Positions 18,369-36,035 of a stretch of 64,000 nucleotides of DNA are shown piece after piece. Origin of the DNA: the human T2T-CHM13v2.0 reference genome, Homo sapiens. The notes under the pieces were generated by a model that saw only the letters and a program-made list of their open reading frames with translations, searched no databases and was not told where the DNA came from. Position numbers and translations under genes: made by a program. The stretch lies in the NCBI RefSeq assembly GCF_009914755.1, contig NC_060931.1. One strand, given 5' to 3'. Every line of letters starts with the position of its first letter. Within the stretch, counting starts at the first letter, position 1.

Positions 18369-19171
18369 AAATGCTATTAAGTTCAGACTCTGTCATTGAT
18401 CAGCTGGGCAACCTTGGGCAAATTATTACACCTTTTGAGCCTCAGTTTCCCCCTCTGTGAAATGGGGCTAACAGTAGTACCTTACTGCTTGCAGGCAGGT
18501 CTTCAGGATTAGGCAGGTGAGGTGAGGTAACATATGCGAGTAGGGGCATGTGGCGAGGCCCTTTCTTTACAGATGCTGCGGTGTGACACGTGTTATGCTG
18601 CAGGGAAACACAGGGCTGTGGCGTTAGGCAGGGTTGCTAGCTCCATCTTGGGGTCTGGGGAGTGGGGGCATCCAGCATGTCTTGCCATGCCCAGAGTTAG
18701 GAAATGGGTTGCTTTGTTATTAGTCGCCACAACTTCCCCTGGTCAAGCTCACACCCTATCCCCACCTGGCACACATTGGTTTTCCAGCTCTTGCTTAACT
18801 TCTAAAGGGCAGCTCTTTCTCTGACCACCCTGCCACACCCCACCTACCCCACCCACTGCCCCAGTTTGTGGGAAAACTCTATGGAACAGAGAGGGCTTGC
18901 AGGTTCCTTCTCTAGATTCGTTGTTATTTTTTCCCATTTAAATTGAAACTGTGCTTATTAAAGAAGATTAGAAAAAAACACACATCAAACAAGAAAGAAA
19001 AAAAATTTTTGTCCCATCCTTCTAACAAAACCACACTAAACAGTCTGTTTCTTTCTTTCCCCCAAGCCAGGGTATTGGACTGTGTGTGTATGTGTGTGTG
19101 TGTGTGTTGCATAGTTGTAAATCATTACTGTTCCACTCTTTACTGTTGTGTTTTAAAAAATATTTCCATTA

Positions 19172-19540
19172 CAGGTGATCCTTGACTTACAATGGTTCAT
19201 TTTAGGATTTTTTGAGTTTATGATGATATGAAAGAGATAGGCATTTGGTAGAAATCATACTTTGAATTTTGAATTTTAATCTTTTATCAGGCTAGCAATA
19301 CAGAGTACGATAATTTTACATGAAATATTCAACACTTTATTATAAAATAGGCTTTGTGTTAGATGATTTTACCCAATGTAGGCAAGTGTAAAGGTTTCAA
19401 GCACCTTTAAGGGAGGCTAGGCTAAGCTATGATGATGTTCAGTAGGTTGGCTGTGCTAAATGCAATTTTGACCAAATGATATTTTCAACTTACAGTGGGT
19501 TTATCAGGCCACAGCCCCATCCCAAGTCGAGTAGCATCTG
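19172..19540 (-). mobile_element. MER47 (Tigger-derived MITE)
   Basis: TIRs caggtgatccttgacttac / caagtcgagtagcatctg, TA flank, internal aggctaggctaagctatgatg. Confidence 0.85.
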
Positions 19541-21212
19541 AATTACCTAAGCCTTTCCCCTCATTGCTCATTTTCACAAGCATATTTGAATGGCTGCACT
19601 AATTTAGCATGCAAATGTGAAGTGAGCACCTGCTATGTTCTGTGGGAGAGAAAACAGGCATAATGGCAGAGCCAACATTTACTGAGTGCAAACTCGGTGC
19701 CAGATGTCATTCTAAGTACGTGTATTAAATTGCTTCTTCCTCACAACCACCCTGTGAGGTAGGTGCCATCACTATGCCCTTTTTCCAGATGAGAAAACTG
19801 AGGCCCAAGATTGCACAGCTAAGAGGCGGAGCTAGCATTTGAATCCAGCAGGGTCAGCCACAGGGCTGGGTTCTGGCCATGCTGGGCTACCTTGGGCCAC
19901 CCACAAACAAGTAACCCCAATCCAGAGTGACTGAAGCAGGGATGAGGAATGTACAGGAGCATGTGATAGCCCCAAGACTATCCAGGGACATCAAGGAAGG
20001 CTTCCTGGAGGAGAAGGTGACATCTCAGCTGAGAGCTGAAGGACGAGTGGGAGGTGGGAGGTGAGGGCACTGCCAGCAGAGGGAGCAGCCATGCAGGGAC
20101 CCCAGGTAGACATGGGCACCAAATGTTGCCAAGCTGGCACCACTGACCCTGCTGGTAGAGGTGGTCAGGGAAGATCATGCAGAGGCCATGGTCCCAGGAG
20201 CCCTGAGAAACCCTGGGAGGCCCCAAAGCATTTTAAGCTGGGACGAGGCATGACTGGGGAGGCTTTCCCCCTCCAGGCTGGGCAGTACCCCTGTTCTGCC
20301 CCCACAGCCGGGCCACTCTCCACTGTAGCCCCCTGCACCCTGGCCAGTTTTTGCCTGTTTATCCTCTCTCTTCCCACCTAAACTGAAGAAATTTCTAGAG
20401 GGTGGGAATCCGAACTGATTTGTTCACTTCTGTGGCCTAGATCAGAGCAGGGCAGTTACAATCCCCGGCCTCAGACGACTGAACATCACTCGGTGACTTT
20501 GTGTGGAGACGGTGCCAGTGCTGTCTGCCACGGCCTTGAAGGCAGGGCCCCTCCTGTGACCCTCGGCTCCTTGGGGCTCCACGGGATGTGTCTTCAGGTT
20601 TGCCAGGACTTTGCTCCAACTTGCCCGTGGTGTCCTGTTTGGTTTAGGAGAGGCCCCAGTAAATACTGAACCCATGTTGTGCCTCTTGGTGCTGTTCTCG
20701 AAGGCCAAGAGAAGTGGGTCTGTGTGGGGCCAGCTTCCCGCTTCCTTCTGGTTCCCAAACTCATCTGGAGCCCAACACAATTCAGCTTCCTCCTCCAGCC
20801 ACATCACCTGCTCCCACAGCTGGAGACGGGAGAGACTTGGGACTGTGGCCCCTCCTGCGCTGGGGCTGAGGGCCTCAGGTTCACTGTTTGCCCCCAGCCC
20901 CCTCAGCCAAGCCTGCTATCTTTTCATCTCAGACACTTCAGAGTTCAGGCCAAGAAGCCAAAGTCAATTTTGAAAAAGTCCTTAAAAGGCCAAGACACAA
21001 ACACCAGCAAGGGTGGGGTGGGCTGAAGGGGTGAAGATGAGGTTGGGGAGGGGTAAACTCTCGGGCCACTTCACCAGATTCAAAAGGACTCAGTGATTTT
21101 CCTGTGCCCAAAGGTGCATGCAAGGACCATCACCAAATCACTGCCTGCAGAAGCGAAAGACTGGAGCTGCCCGAGGTGTCCATCAGTGTTCTACGGTTTT
21201 TAAAAAGAATGA

Positions 21213-21700
21213 CTGTAGTCGCAGCTACTCAGGAGGTTGAAGTGGGAGGATTGCTTGAACCTGGGAGTTAGAGGCTGCAGTGATCTAAGACTGTGCCACT
21301 GCACTCCAGCCTGTGTGACAGACCAAAACCCCGTCTCAAAAAAAAAAAAAAAAAAGAAAAAGAAAAAGAAAAAGAAAAAGGGGCCAGATGCAGTGGCTCA
21401 TGCCAGTAATCCCAGCACTTTGGGAGGCGGAGGCAGGCAGATCACCTGAGGTCAGGAGTTCGAGACCAGCCTGGCCAACATGGTGAAACCCTGTCTCTAC
21501 TAAAAGTACAAAAATTAGCTGGGCGTGGTGGTACATACCTGTAATGCCAGCTACTCAGGAGGCTGAAGTCGGAGAATCACTTGAACTTGGGAGGCGGAGG
21601 TTGCAGTGAGCCGAGATCAGGACACTGCACTCCAGCCTGGGTGACAAGAGCAAAACTTCATCTCAAAAGAAGAGAGAGAGAGAGAGAGAGAGAAAGAGAC
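21213..21700 (+). mobile_element. AluJ right arm (21213-21380) plus AluS (21382-21700) with (AG)n tail
   Basis: Alu consensus. Confidence 0.9.
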
Positions 21701-22012
21701 CAGTTACTCTCTGAGCTCTTGATGAGTACACCTTTCTGTGCAACTAAGACACACACATACAATGTGTGATATGGAAACAGCTCCAAGATCAATTATAAAG
21801 AAAAAAGAAGAAAAAGCAAAGATATAAAGCAGTGTCTTGAACTAGATCCTTTCTGTGTAAACAGGAAAGATGAGGATGTAGCCCACATGCCTGTTTCCAC
21901 ACAGAACATTTCTGGAAGCACTTACTAGGTACCTAGAAACACTAACTGGCTCTAGGGCAGGAGTCAGAGGGAGACAGACTCCTCCTTGTACACTCTTTGT
22001 ACCTTTTGATCA

Positions 22013-22456
<444 letters not shown>

Positions 22457-22689
22457 TCACAAAAGGTGTACTGACTTTCAGCGTAGATGAAATTATGGAA
22501 GACGCAGCTCACGAAGCATCTTGAGAGAGATGAGGTGCTATCTCATCTAGATTCTTCTCAGCTATCTGAGTTAACCACATTCAAACAGCTTTCAAAGTTC
22601 CCTCATTCTTATAAACCTGGCTGTTTAAAACACACTTTCAAAACTTCCCGAGAATTCCATAAAGTAGAATCAGATCACTGTATAGATTG

Positions 22690-23330
22690 ATTGATTAATT
22701 CAACAAAGACATATTGTTTTAGGTGATGGAGATGTAGCAATGAACAAGACAATCACGATTCCTCATCTCCTAGAGCCCATGGGTCTAGAGGGAGTGCCAA
22801 GCAGATAACAAGCAAAGAGCAACAACAATGCAAAAAGCAAATATGACAATTTCAGAACCCGAGAGGCACTGGAAGAAACTGAGGCCAGGGAATGGAATTG
22901 ATGATGGCAGGTGTGGAGAGTGGTCAGTGAGGGGCTCTCCTCTCTAAGAAGGTAACCTTTGAACTGAGACATGAAGGAGGAAAAGGAACCAGCCACAAGA
23001 AAATCAGGGAAAGGGTAACTCCAGACAGCAGGAATAGCTAGGGCAAAAGCCCTGAGGCCACACTGAGCTTCGCTGTGATAGGAACAAGAATGGTGGCCAG
23101 TGTGGCGTGGGCTTAGAGAGACAGCCAGAGAAGAATGGAAGAGCCAGATGGAGATGCAAGCAGGGGCTGCTTCTGTGGTCTTGTGGGCTTGGTACAGAGT
23201 CCAGATGAGGAAACTGAGGCTCAGAGAGGTTAAGTAACTTGCCCAAGGTCACACATTTAACAGTGGCTGAGCCAGGATTTGGACCTGGGTTCCCAACTTC
23301 ATACCCAGTCCTCTCAACCTTCACCTCTGC
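22690..23330. mobile_element. L2 fragment (-) followed by MIR
   Basis: L2-type aggtaacctttgaactgagacatgaagga; MIR core gatgaggaaactgaggctcagagaggttaagtaacttgcccaaggtcacac. Confidence 0.8.
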
Positions 23331-24133
23331 CCATATGTGGCAAAAGCATTAAACATGTATTTCCAGACAGCACAGCCTGTGCTCTATGAACACTGTTTGT
23401 GTGTGTCTATGTATGTGTGTGTGTGCTTGCATGCATCTGCGTGTGCTTTTTTGTGTGTGTTTTAATTGCAAGGAAAAGTGCACACATCATACACAAAGAG
23501 CTCAGTGAATTCTCGCCAAGTGGACACATTTGTGGAATGAGCACCCAGATGTACACAGGACATTCCAGAAGCCCCCTTGATGTCTCTCCTGGTAAATCCT
23601 CCCCACCACCGCCCCCAAGGTTAACGGCTGTCTTGAATTCTAACTCCATAGATGACTTTTGCTGGTTTTGAACTTTCTATAAAGGGAAGCACAAAGTGTG
23701 TGCTCTTCCCATCTGGCTTCTTTCATTCAGCATCCTGACTGCACAGCTTGTGGTGTTCTGTTAGACTTTGACTGCCACGCTGCGAGAGCACAGGTGGACT
23801 CCCAGAATGCTTCCTTCCCATGAACAAGGCCAGGAGAAAGCTGCTTGCACAAAAGCAGTTCAAAGTACGTTGTTACGTGAAAAAGTCAGGTACAAAACCA
23901 TCTGTGTAGCTCAATCCCATTTTTGGAAGGGATAAAAAATGTCTTTTTTATGTAGAATCAAAAATGATCGTGAAAAATATGTTAAATTTCCTCTCAACTG
24001 TGGTGCATTACAAACACTTAGCAAATCAAAATAGCCTCCAGATCTGGGGGGTCATCTTGTGCTTGGGACCATGTTGAACAAAAAATAGGATCTGCCAACT
24101 ACACTCATTTGCCATATTAAGATTGTCATTCTC

Positions 24134-24465
<332 letters not shown>

Positions 24466-24637
24466 GGGCCACTCTCCCCATCACCCTTTTTTGGCCCGCT
24501 GATGCACAGTGAAATTGTGTGAATTAAATGCCTGGAAGATACAATTCTACAAGACTCAAGTGTTACGTGGAGTTTTTTCCTGCCTGGCGGGGATGGCAGG
24601 TTGATTTTTTTGTGTTTCCTTATCTATTTATTCTAAC

Positions 24638-25272
<635 letters not shown>

Positions 25273-25559
25273 TAGCAAAAAATAAGAACAAGAATTCATA
25301 TGTATTAAACAACAACTGCAGCAGCAGCAGCAATAAACTGACAAAACAAAAGGAAAGCATTTCTGTCCCCGTTTATGTGCTTCCAGAAGGTCAGCTACAG
25401 AAAGGCCACATCACCCTGATGCACTGAGTCAATTGCACAAGAAAGGGAGCGCTGACTCCTCCACGTCCAGGGGATCATCCAGCCTACATGTGGTTTAAGG
25501 GATGGCCCCAAAGCCAGATGGACTGGGGTTCAAATCTGAGCCTTGTCCCTTACCAGCTG

Positions 25560-26085
25560 TGGCTTGGTTACTCCTCCTGCATAACAAACCCACCCTAGAG
25601 CAGAGCAGTGTAAAGCAGCCATTCTACTCACCTGGAATGATATCTCTCAGATCCTGTGGTCAGGAATGCAGACGGCACAGCAGGACAGCTTGTCTCTGCT
25701 CCACAGTGTCTGGGGCCTTGGCTGGGACACCCTGGAGGCTGAGGGTGACTTGGTGGCTGGGGTGCTGGCCTTGGTCAGAGAGTCTTCACTTGTGTGTTTG
25801 GCAGCTGCGCAGCAGGTGCCACAGAAGACACCTGTGTGTGACTTCTCCGTGTGGTCTCTTCATTTGGGCTGGTTTGGGTCTCCTCACAACATGGTGGGAA
25901 GGGGGAGTGACTGCTAATAGGTGTGAGATTCCTTTTGGGGGCAATGCAAGTGTTTTAAAATTAGATAGTGGTGATGATTGCATAACTGTGTGAATATACC
26001 AAAACCCACTGGATTGTGTACTTTAAAAGGGTGAGTTTTATGGTATGTGAATTATATCTCAATAAAGCTGGGGTTTTTTAACAAA
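25560..26085. mobile_element. MLT1 fragment (25560-25895) joined to an L1MB 3' end (25897-26085, +)
   Basis: L1MB tail ttagatagtggtgatgattgcataac...tatatctcaataaagctg followed by an A run. Confidence 0.75.
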
Positions 26086-26159
26086 AAAAAAGAAGAAGAA
26101 GAAATAGATCATGAGGATGAGAGATGCTGCTGTGAGCATCTTAAGAAAACACGATGTGC

Positions 26160-26297
26160 AGCTGGGTGCACTCCCAGTAATTCCAGCATTTTGGGAGGCC
26201 GAGGCAGGAGCCCAGGAGGCTGCAGTGGGCTATGATCTTGCCACTGGACTCCAGCCTGGGTGACATAGCAAGATGCTGTATCTAAAAAAAAAAAAAA
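26160..26297 (+). mobile_element. Monomeric or collapsed Alu
   Basis: Left-arm start fused to a J-type right-arm end. Confidence 0.75.
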
Positions 26298-27496
26298 CAC
26301 AATTTGCCACACTGTGTGAGGTATTATCTTTCTATGCCTCAGTTCCATCTTCTGTAAAATGGGACTATTTAATAATTAAATGAACTCATAGGGTCTTTGG
26401 GGGTGAGCAGAGGTAATCCTGAGCCTAGTAGCTGGCACAAGGTGAGTGTTCAGGAAATGAAATGTTGTTATTTCAAATGATAAAATGCCATAAGGCAGCA
26501 GTGTATGGTATTAATTAAAACAATGGGTTTTAGAACCAACCCTCAAATTTGAATCTAGCTTTCCCAGTGGTTAGTTACTTAACCACTCTAAATCTGTTTC
26601 CTTATCTGTAAAATGGAGTTAACACAGTACCCACCTCATACGTTGTGACAATTAAATGAGTTAATAGCACGAAGGGCTTGGAATGGCACCTATGTACAAT
26701 GCAGCACAGTACACAGGAGGTACTACACAGTTGCTGACTGTTATTGCTTCTGGCATTTCCCTGGCTTCCTGGTGCTGCTTAGGTGGTGTGGATCCATTGG
26801 AAGGGTTTGTGTAATAGTAATAACAGCAGTGATGCTAACAGCTGGCCCTTATCCACTGTTACAGGATGAGGAGGGGATGCCGGGCACCCCCTCATACCAG
26901 CTGCCAGGGAATTCCGCACAGAAGCTGGGCTGGCTGCAGAGGGCTGAGTTGTAGACTCCAGGAGAAGGTGGGGCATCCAGCCAGAGGGGACTGGATTCCC
27001 AGAGGAGCAGAGGAGCAGAGGGTCCCAGGGCAGCTGAGGGGCTCACAGAGCTGCGGGGAAGGGAGCTATAGGCTGGAGCAGAGAGTGGGAAAGACGGGCA
27101 GAGGCCAGACAGCCAAGAAGCTTGCAGCCTGGACTGTGCCCTGAGATGCTTGGATGCTCTTTCATTTTCTTACTGAAAATCCTGGAAAAAACAGCCTTGT
27201 CCCATCTTAGGACAAATGTGTTTCTCTCTTCCTTCTTGGCCCCTGCAGGGTTGACTCTCTTCCAGCTATCCTCTCAGTCCCTCTTAAGGTTCATAGCAAC
27301 ACCTAACACGGACAGCTTCTAAGAGCCCTGAATGGTGCTAAAGGCTTTTTGCCCAAGGCTTCCCAGATCCTCACAACAGCCCTATAAAGCTTATGCAGAA
27401 AGACCCATTTTACAGAAGAGGATAGTGGGGATGGAGGGAGAAGCCATTTGCACAGGTCACGCACTAATGAGTGGCAGAAACAAAATCGATCTCTGA

Positions 27497-28920
<1,424 letters not shown>

Positions 28921-29099
28921 TTAAAGGTGACTAGCCAGGCACAAGATGAGCAGAAAATGATCTGAGTGTCAGAGCTGGCCACAAGCTGCAGATGAATCAG
29001 TTTTTCAGTGAACAAGCTCCACACAAGCCTGGAAGGCTGGGTGACAAGCGTGATAGGCAGACTCCTGGCTGTGAACCTTCTGTTCCATAATGCATGACT

Positions 29100-29230
29100 C
29101 ACACCTTTCCAGGAGCACTGGGTTTACATTTGGTTATCTCATCATTTTAAAGGATGTAGGGAAGCTGTCCTGGGTCCAAAGGCATGGAGACAGTGACCTG
29201 GGGCGATTTATATAAGAGGCTGGAAAGATT
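29100..29230 (+). mobile_element. L3/CR1 fragment
   Basis: Resembles the CR1 RT 3' region (the LEYCVQFW...RGLE segment), strongly degenerate. Confidence 0.5.
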
Positions 29231-29482
29231 CAGGGGCAAGGTCATCTTCATCACTGCCTCCATGGGAAGTGTTTAATTTACAAAGCAGCTGTTGGCCATG
29301 TATACAGCAGCCTGAATGAAAGGAATGGACCATGAGGTTGTCTTGAGTGGAAAGAGCACTGGGTTGTGAGTCAGTAGCTCATGACTCCACCCCATGACAC
29401 TGCAGAAGTTTTCTCTGCATTGCAGACTTCAGTATCTCCATGTGTATGGTGGGAATCCAGAGCAACTTATGGTCCTGAGTAG

Positions 29483-30400
29483 GTGTTACAGGTAGAAATG
29501 CATTTGGCTGAAAGTAACTGGAAATCCACCTGACTGTGGCTCAGACCCAAAAGGGTTTATTTATAGCACCAAATAAAAAGTTCAGAGGGAGGCAATTCTC
29601 CATTCTTGTGCCTCAGCCTCTCCAGTAGCTGGGATTACAGGTGCATGCCACCACACCCAGCTAATTTTTGTATTTTTAGTAGAGACAGTGTTTTGCCATG
29701 TTGCCCAGGCTGGCCTTGAACTCCTGACCTCAAGTGATCCACCTGCCTCAGCCTCCCAAAGTACTGGGATTACAGGTGTGAGCCACCGCACCTGGCCATC
29801 AACTCCCAGGTTTTACATGAATGTCTCGTGGTCTGCTTTTGCCATAGCTATTTGTTTTCCAGCCTGGAAACAGCTATACATCCACTTGTATAGTAAGGGT
29901 CTTTTGGTTGAAAGTGACAGAAACAAACCCAACTCAAAGTGACTTAAAAAAAATAGTGTGTTTTTCTGTGAATGTTTTGGTTTATGTAAATGAAAAGTCC
30001 AGATGGTTTCAACTTCAGGAATGGCTGGATTCAGGTGTGCACGTGTTGTTTAGGAATAATGTTGTTTCCACTTCTCAGCTCTGTTTTCCTCCATGTCCGT
30101 TAGGGTCACCTTATGTGGTGGCAAAAATAGTCCCCAGTATCCCCCAGCTTCCGTTCTGCCAGATTGACAAGCCAAGTGAGCAGAAGCTGACTTTCTATGT
30201 AGCCTCAGCACATATCTGGGGGTTGACTGTGATTGGCCAGACTGGGGTCACATGCCTATCTCAGACCAATCCCTGGGGCTGGGGGAAAGGAGTATGCTGA
30301 TTCCCAGGCCTAATTCATCCACCTGCTCTAGTTGGAGAGGCACATGTGGTGATAGCAGTGGAAGGGTGCTGTTACCAGAACATGGGGGAGGAATAGTAGT
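29483..30400. mobile_element. MLT1 fragments with a tail-less Alu (~29600-29797, -)
   Basis: ttggttgaaagtgacagaaacaaacccaactcaa is an MLT1-type end; the Alu lacks its 3' part. Confidence 0.7.
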
Positions 30401-31030
30401 CAGGTACAAACAGCAGCTGGCCACTGAACCAGCCACTTGCCTGTCCTGCTGTATCTACTTCAAGGCCTCCTTTGGACTTGCCTAGTACTCAATACATGTT
30501 TGTCAATGAAAGAGTGATGCTACAAGTAGACGCAGGAAGGGCATGGTCTCGGGAACAATTTCCCAGGAGTAGTTAGGCAGGCAGCTTCTGATTTTTCACA
30601 TCCTGCCCAGCCTAATCTCATAGGCTGGCCTCCATTCAAACTGCCAAGCCTCAGTGGCAGAGCGTGGCTGCTTCACGGGCTGTGTACCTCGATAGGCAGC
30701 CGCCCACAGCAGGCCTGGGCAGAGGAAGGGTGAATCAAGAGTGGCTCACTCTGCCCTGTGGAAAGTGCACAGTAGGCTCCTGCTGGGGAGATGATGAGCA
30801 GGGGCTGACACAGGCGGGTGTCACCCTCCTCTTTCCTCCTCACTGGCCACTCCTGCAGGCGACACTTTCACCCTGTTCTCTTTCTCACCAGGAACTTCTC
30901 CCTTCATGCCTGAGTCATCACACAGGTGCCCACAGGGACTGGCAGTCTGGGGCACACACACTTTATCTACGGAGGCACCTGGAACTCACTGCAGCCATTG
31001 TGGTCCTGTAAAAATGTGGGAGCCATGTAG

Positions 31031-31962
<932 letters not shown>

Positions 31963-32573
31963 AATATCGCTGAATTCTTTCCCCAGTAAAGAATATTAAT
32001 AATTAACTGCTCTGGGAAAAGAATGCATTCCTCAGGGGGCGGGGGCTCTAAAATGGCCGCTCTGGGGGTGTCTGCCTTATGCAGTTGCATATAAGGGATG
32101 AAACATGCCCTGGCCTCCTGCAGCACCCCCAGGCTTGCTAGTATTCAGAAATTCCAGCCTGGTGAATTCCAGTCAGACCGGTTCTCTGCTCTTGAACCAT
32201 GTTAAGATGTTTATCAATGACAATGCGTGCACAGTGGGACATGGAACTTCATTAGTAATTCTAGTTTCACCCTGACCTTGTGATCTTGCCCTGACCTTCT
32301 GCCTTGTGATCTTTTTTTGCCCTTGAAGCATGTGATCTCTGTGACCCACACCCTAATCATACAGTCCCTCCTCTTTGAAAATTGCTAATAAAAACTTGCT
32401 GGTTTTGTGGATCAGGGAGCATCATGGAACCTGCTGATGTGTGATGTCTCCCCTGGACACCCAGCTTTAAAATTTATCTCTTTCGTACTCTCCCTTTATT
32501 TCTCAGACCAGCCGACACTTAGGGAAAATAGAAAAGGACGTACATTGAAATATCAGGGGCTGTTCCCCAGATA
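31963..32573 (+). mobile_element. MER11 (HERVK11) LTR, 3' half
   Basis: aatatcgctgaattc...ctaataaaaacttgctgg...cagccgacacttagggaaaatagaaaag...gata. Confidence 0.9.
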
Positions 32574-33039
32574 GAGCAGGATGGGCAAAGTCCTTCCTCA
32601 TTTGGGGCCAGACAATGAAGAAACAGACAGAGGTGTAGCACACAGGATGATGATGGAACACGCACAGTAAACTGAAGCCGAGTGAGGGAGCAGGAGCCAT
32701 GGGAGGGCTCCTCAGGCTGGGGTGGTCAGGACACCGCCCTGCATGAGGACACTGGGTCAGAGACCTGACCGACATGAGGTTCTAGCCCAGCTAAGCCCAT
32801 CCTTCCCATTTCCCAGAACTGTTCTTGGGCCTCCTGTAGCTGGAGTCTTCTTCAAAACAAGAACCACACGGTGGCCAGCTCCATGTCCTGGGCACCAGAC
32901 CAGAGATGGTCAAGTGAGGCATCCACTTCTCTTCATCTGCCATTCTTTTCTGCCTGGACAATCACAGTAGCCTCTCCCCATGGGTCCCCCTGCTCCCACC
33001 CTCACCCTCCTACAGTCTATCCTCCCCACCACATCTCAC

Positions 33040-33515
33040 TCAGTTCCTCTTGCCACCAAAACAAATGGCCACTAACTTAGTGGCTGAAAACAACACACAT
33101 TTATTCTCTTACAGTTCTGGAGGTGAGAAGTCAAAGTGTTGGTGGGACCACTTCCTTCTGGAGGCTCCAGGAGAGAATCTGTCTGCTTGTTTGTTTCAGC
33201 TTCTAGTGGCTGTACATGACCCTTGGCTTATGGCCCCGCCCTCCACTCTCAAAGCACATCACTGCAGTCTCTTTCTGTCATTCTCTCTCCTCTTTGCCTT
33301 CTCCTCCTCTGTGGGCAGGTCTCCATCTGCCTCGGTGGTATAAGGACTCCTGTGATTAATTGGCCCCACCTGGGTGATCCAAGATAACCATCCCATCTTC
33401 AGAGCCTTCACTGAATCACAGCTGCCAAGTTCCTTTTGCCATATAAAGTAACACTCACAGATTCGGGGGATTAAGACATGAACATCTTTGAAGGGCCACT
33501 ATTCAGCTAACCAAA
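33040..33515 (-). mobile_element. MLT1 LTR inserted in an L2
   Basis: cttacagttctggaggtgagaagtc...ttttgccatataaagtaacactcacag. Confidence 0.8.
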
Positions 33516-33537
33516 GCATCCAAGAGGCTCCTGTTAG

Positions 33538-34794
<1,257 letters not shown>

Positions 34795-35174
34795 TAGTAG
34801 GTGCTCAGGAAATACTTGCCCCATGAATCCATGTATGGTTTCTTTCAAATGTTCCTCAATGCTGCAGTGAATAAAATACAAATTCATTTTAAGGCATTCG
34901 TACATTCCCAGTGACTTTGTGGCTTGATCTTCTTTTCTGTCAATGACTAAGACTACCTTCGTATATTGAGAGGAGGCGAAGCATCATCTGTACTGAGCAA
35001 GTGAGGACTCAGAAGGCCTAGAATGGAGGCAGGGGTGTCTTAATGCAGATTGGCAGTGGGGTCTTATGGAAGAGCAGGGGCATGAAGTGAGCTTCTTGTG
35101 CAAGTGGCACCCTCTCTCTGTGCCTCAGTTTCCACATCTATAACATGGAGATTGTAACAGAACTTACCTTATAG

Positions 35175-35385
35175 AAGGTTCTCAACTTCGGTGCTACTGA
35201 CATTTGGGGCTGGATAATTCTCTGCTGTGCGGGTTGTCCGGTGCACTGTAGGGCATTGAGCAGCATCCCTGGCCTCCACCCATCAGATGACAGTACCTTC
35301 TCCCCAGTTGTGATAACCCCAAATGTCCCCACATATAGCCTAATGTCCCCTGTGGGGGCAAAATCACCCCTAGCCAAGAACCACT
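35175..35385. mobile_element. MER20
   Basis: ggttctcaacttcggtgctactgacatttggggctggataattc...aagaaccactg. Confidence 0.9.
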
Positions 35386-35857
35386 GCCTGCTCGGATGAT
35401 CCGGGTGCTTGTGGTAAAACCCGGCACAGGCTGGTGCTCAAGTTGTGCAGGGAATCGTAGCTGCTCCATGGTTAAGTGGCTGCCTGGCCCTGCCACTCCT
35501 TAGCAGATGGCCTTGGACCAGTGACTCCAGCTCTCTGAGCCTCAGCATCTTCATCTGTAAAATGAGATAATGATAGCACTTCATCTCTTGGGGCTGTCAG
35601 GAGGATTGAGTAGATTAATCCTGTGAAGTGCTCAGAAGCATGCTTGACACACAGTGGGAATTTGGAGGCTGAGGCTGAGGCTGAGGCTGATGAAGGCTTC
35701 TGGGAATAGTGGGAGCTAGAGAAAGGGCTGTTTGCATCCTCACCTCTGCAAGTGCTACCTGAGGCCTCTGGCGTGTGTGCCCCTGCACAAATGGAGGACA
35801 TGCAGGCACGGCTGCCCCCACCCAGGCAGGCAGCTGGCTCAGTCGTCTTCCTAGTTG

Positions 35858-36035
35858 TATTTTTCTCCTTCTCTGTGTCTCTTTTCTGTCTGTTTCTCTT
35901 TTAACTTTCTCTGTCTCTCTCCCTCCCTCTGTTTTCTTCTCTCTCCGCCTCTGTGTTTCTCTTTCTCACCCCCTGTCTCTCGCTCTCTCTCTCTCTCACT
36001 CTGCCTGTTTCTCTCTCCCTTTCTCTCTCTCCTCT
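35858..36035. repeat. CT-rich low-complexity tract
   Basis: tctc/tgtc units. Confidence 0.9.

Noticed and set aside
18573-18640. Extra plus-strand exon after the acceptor ccctttctttacag
   Set aside because: No convincing donor, and a stop in the phase needed; left out of the gene model, though it could be a further decayed exon.
29235-29315. Frame reading GKVIFITASMGSV*FTKQLLAMYTAA*, reminiscent of a short-chain dehydrogenase motif
   Set aside because: It has two stops, no flanking SDR sequence and abuts a CR1 relic; most likely coincidence.
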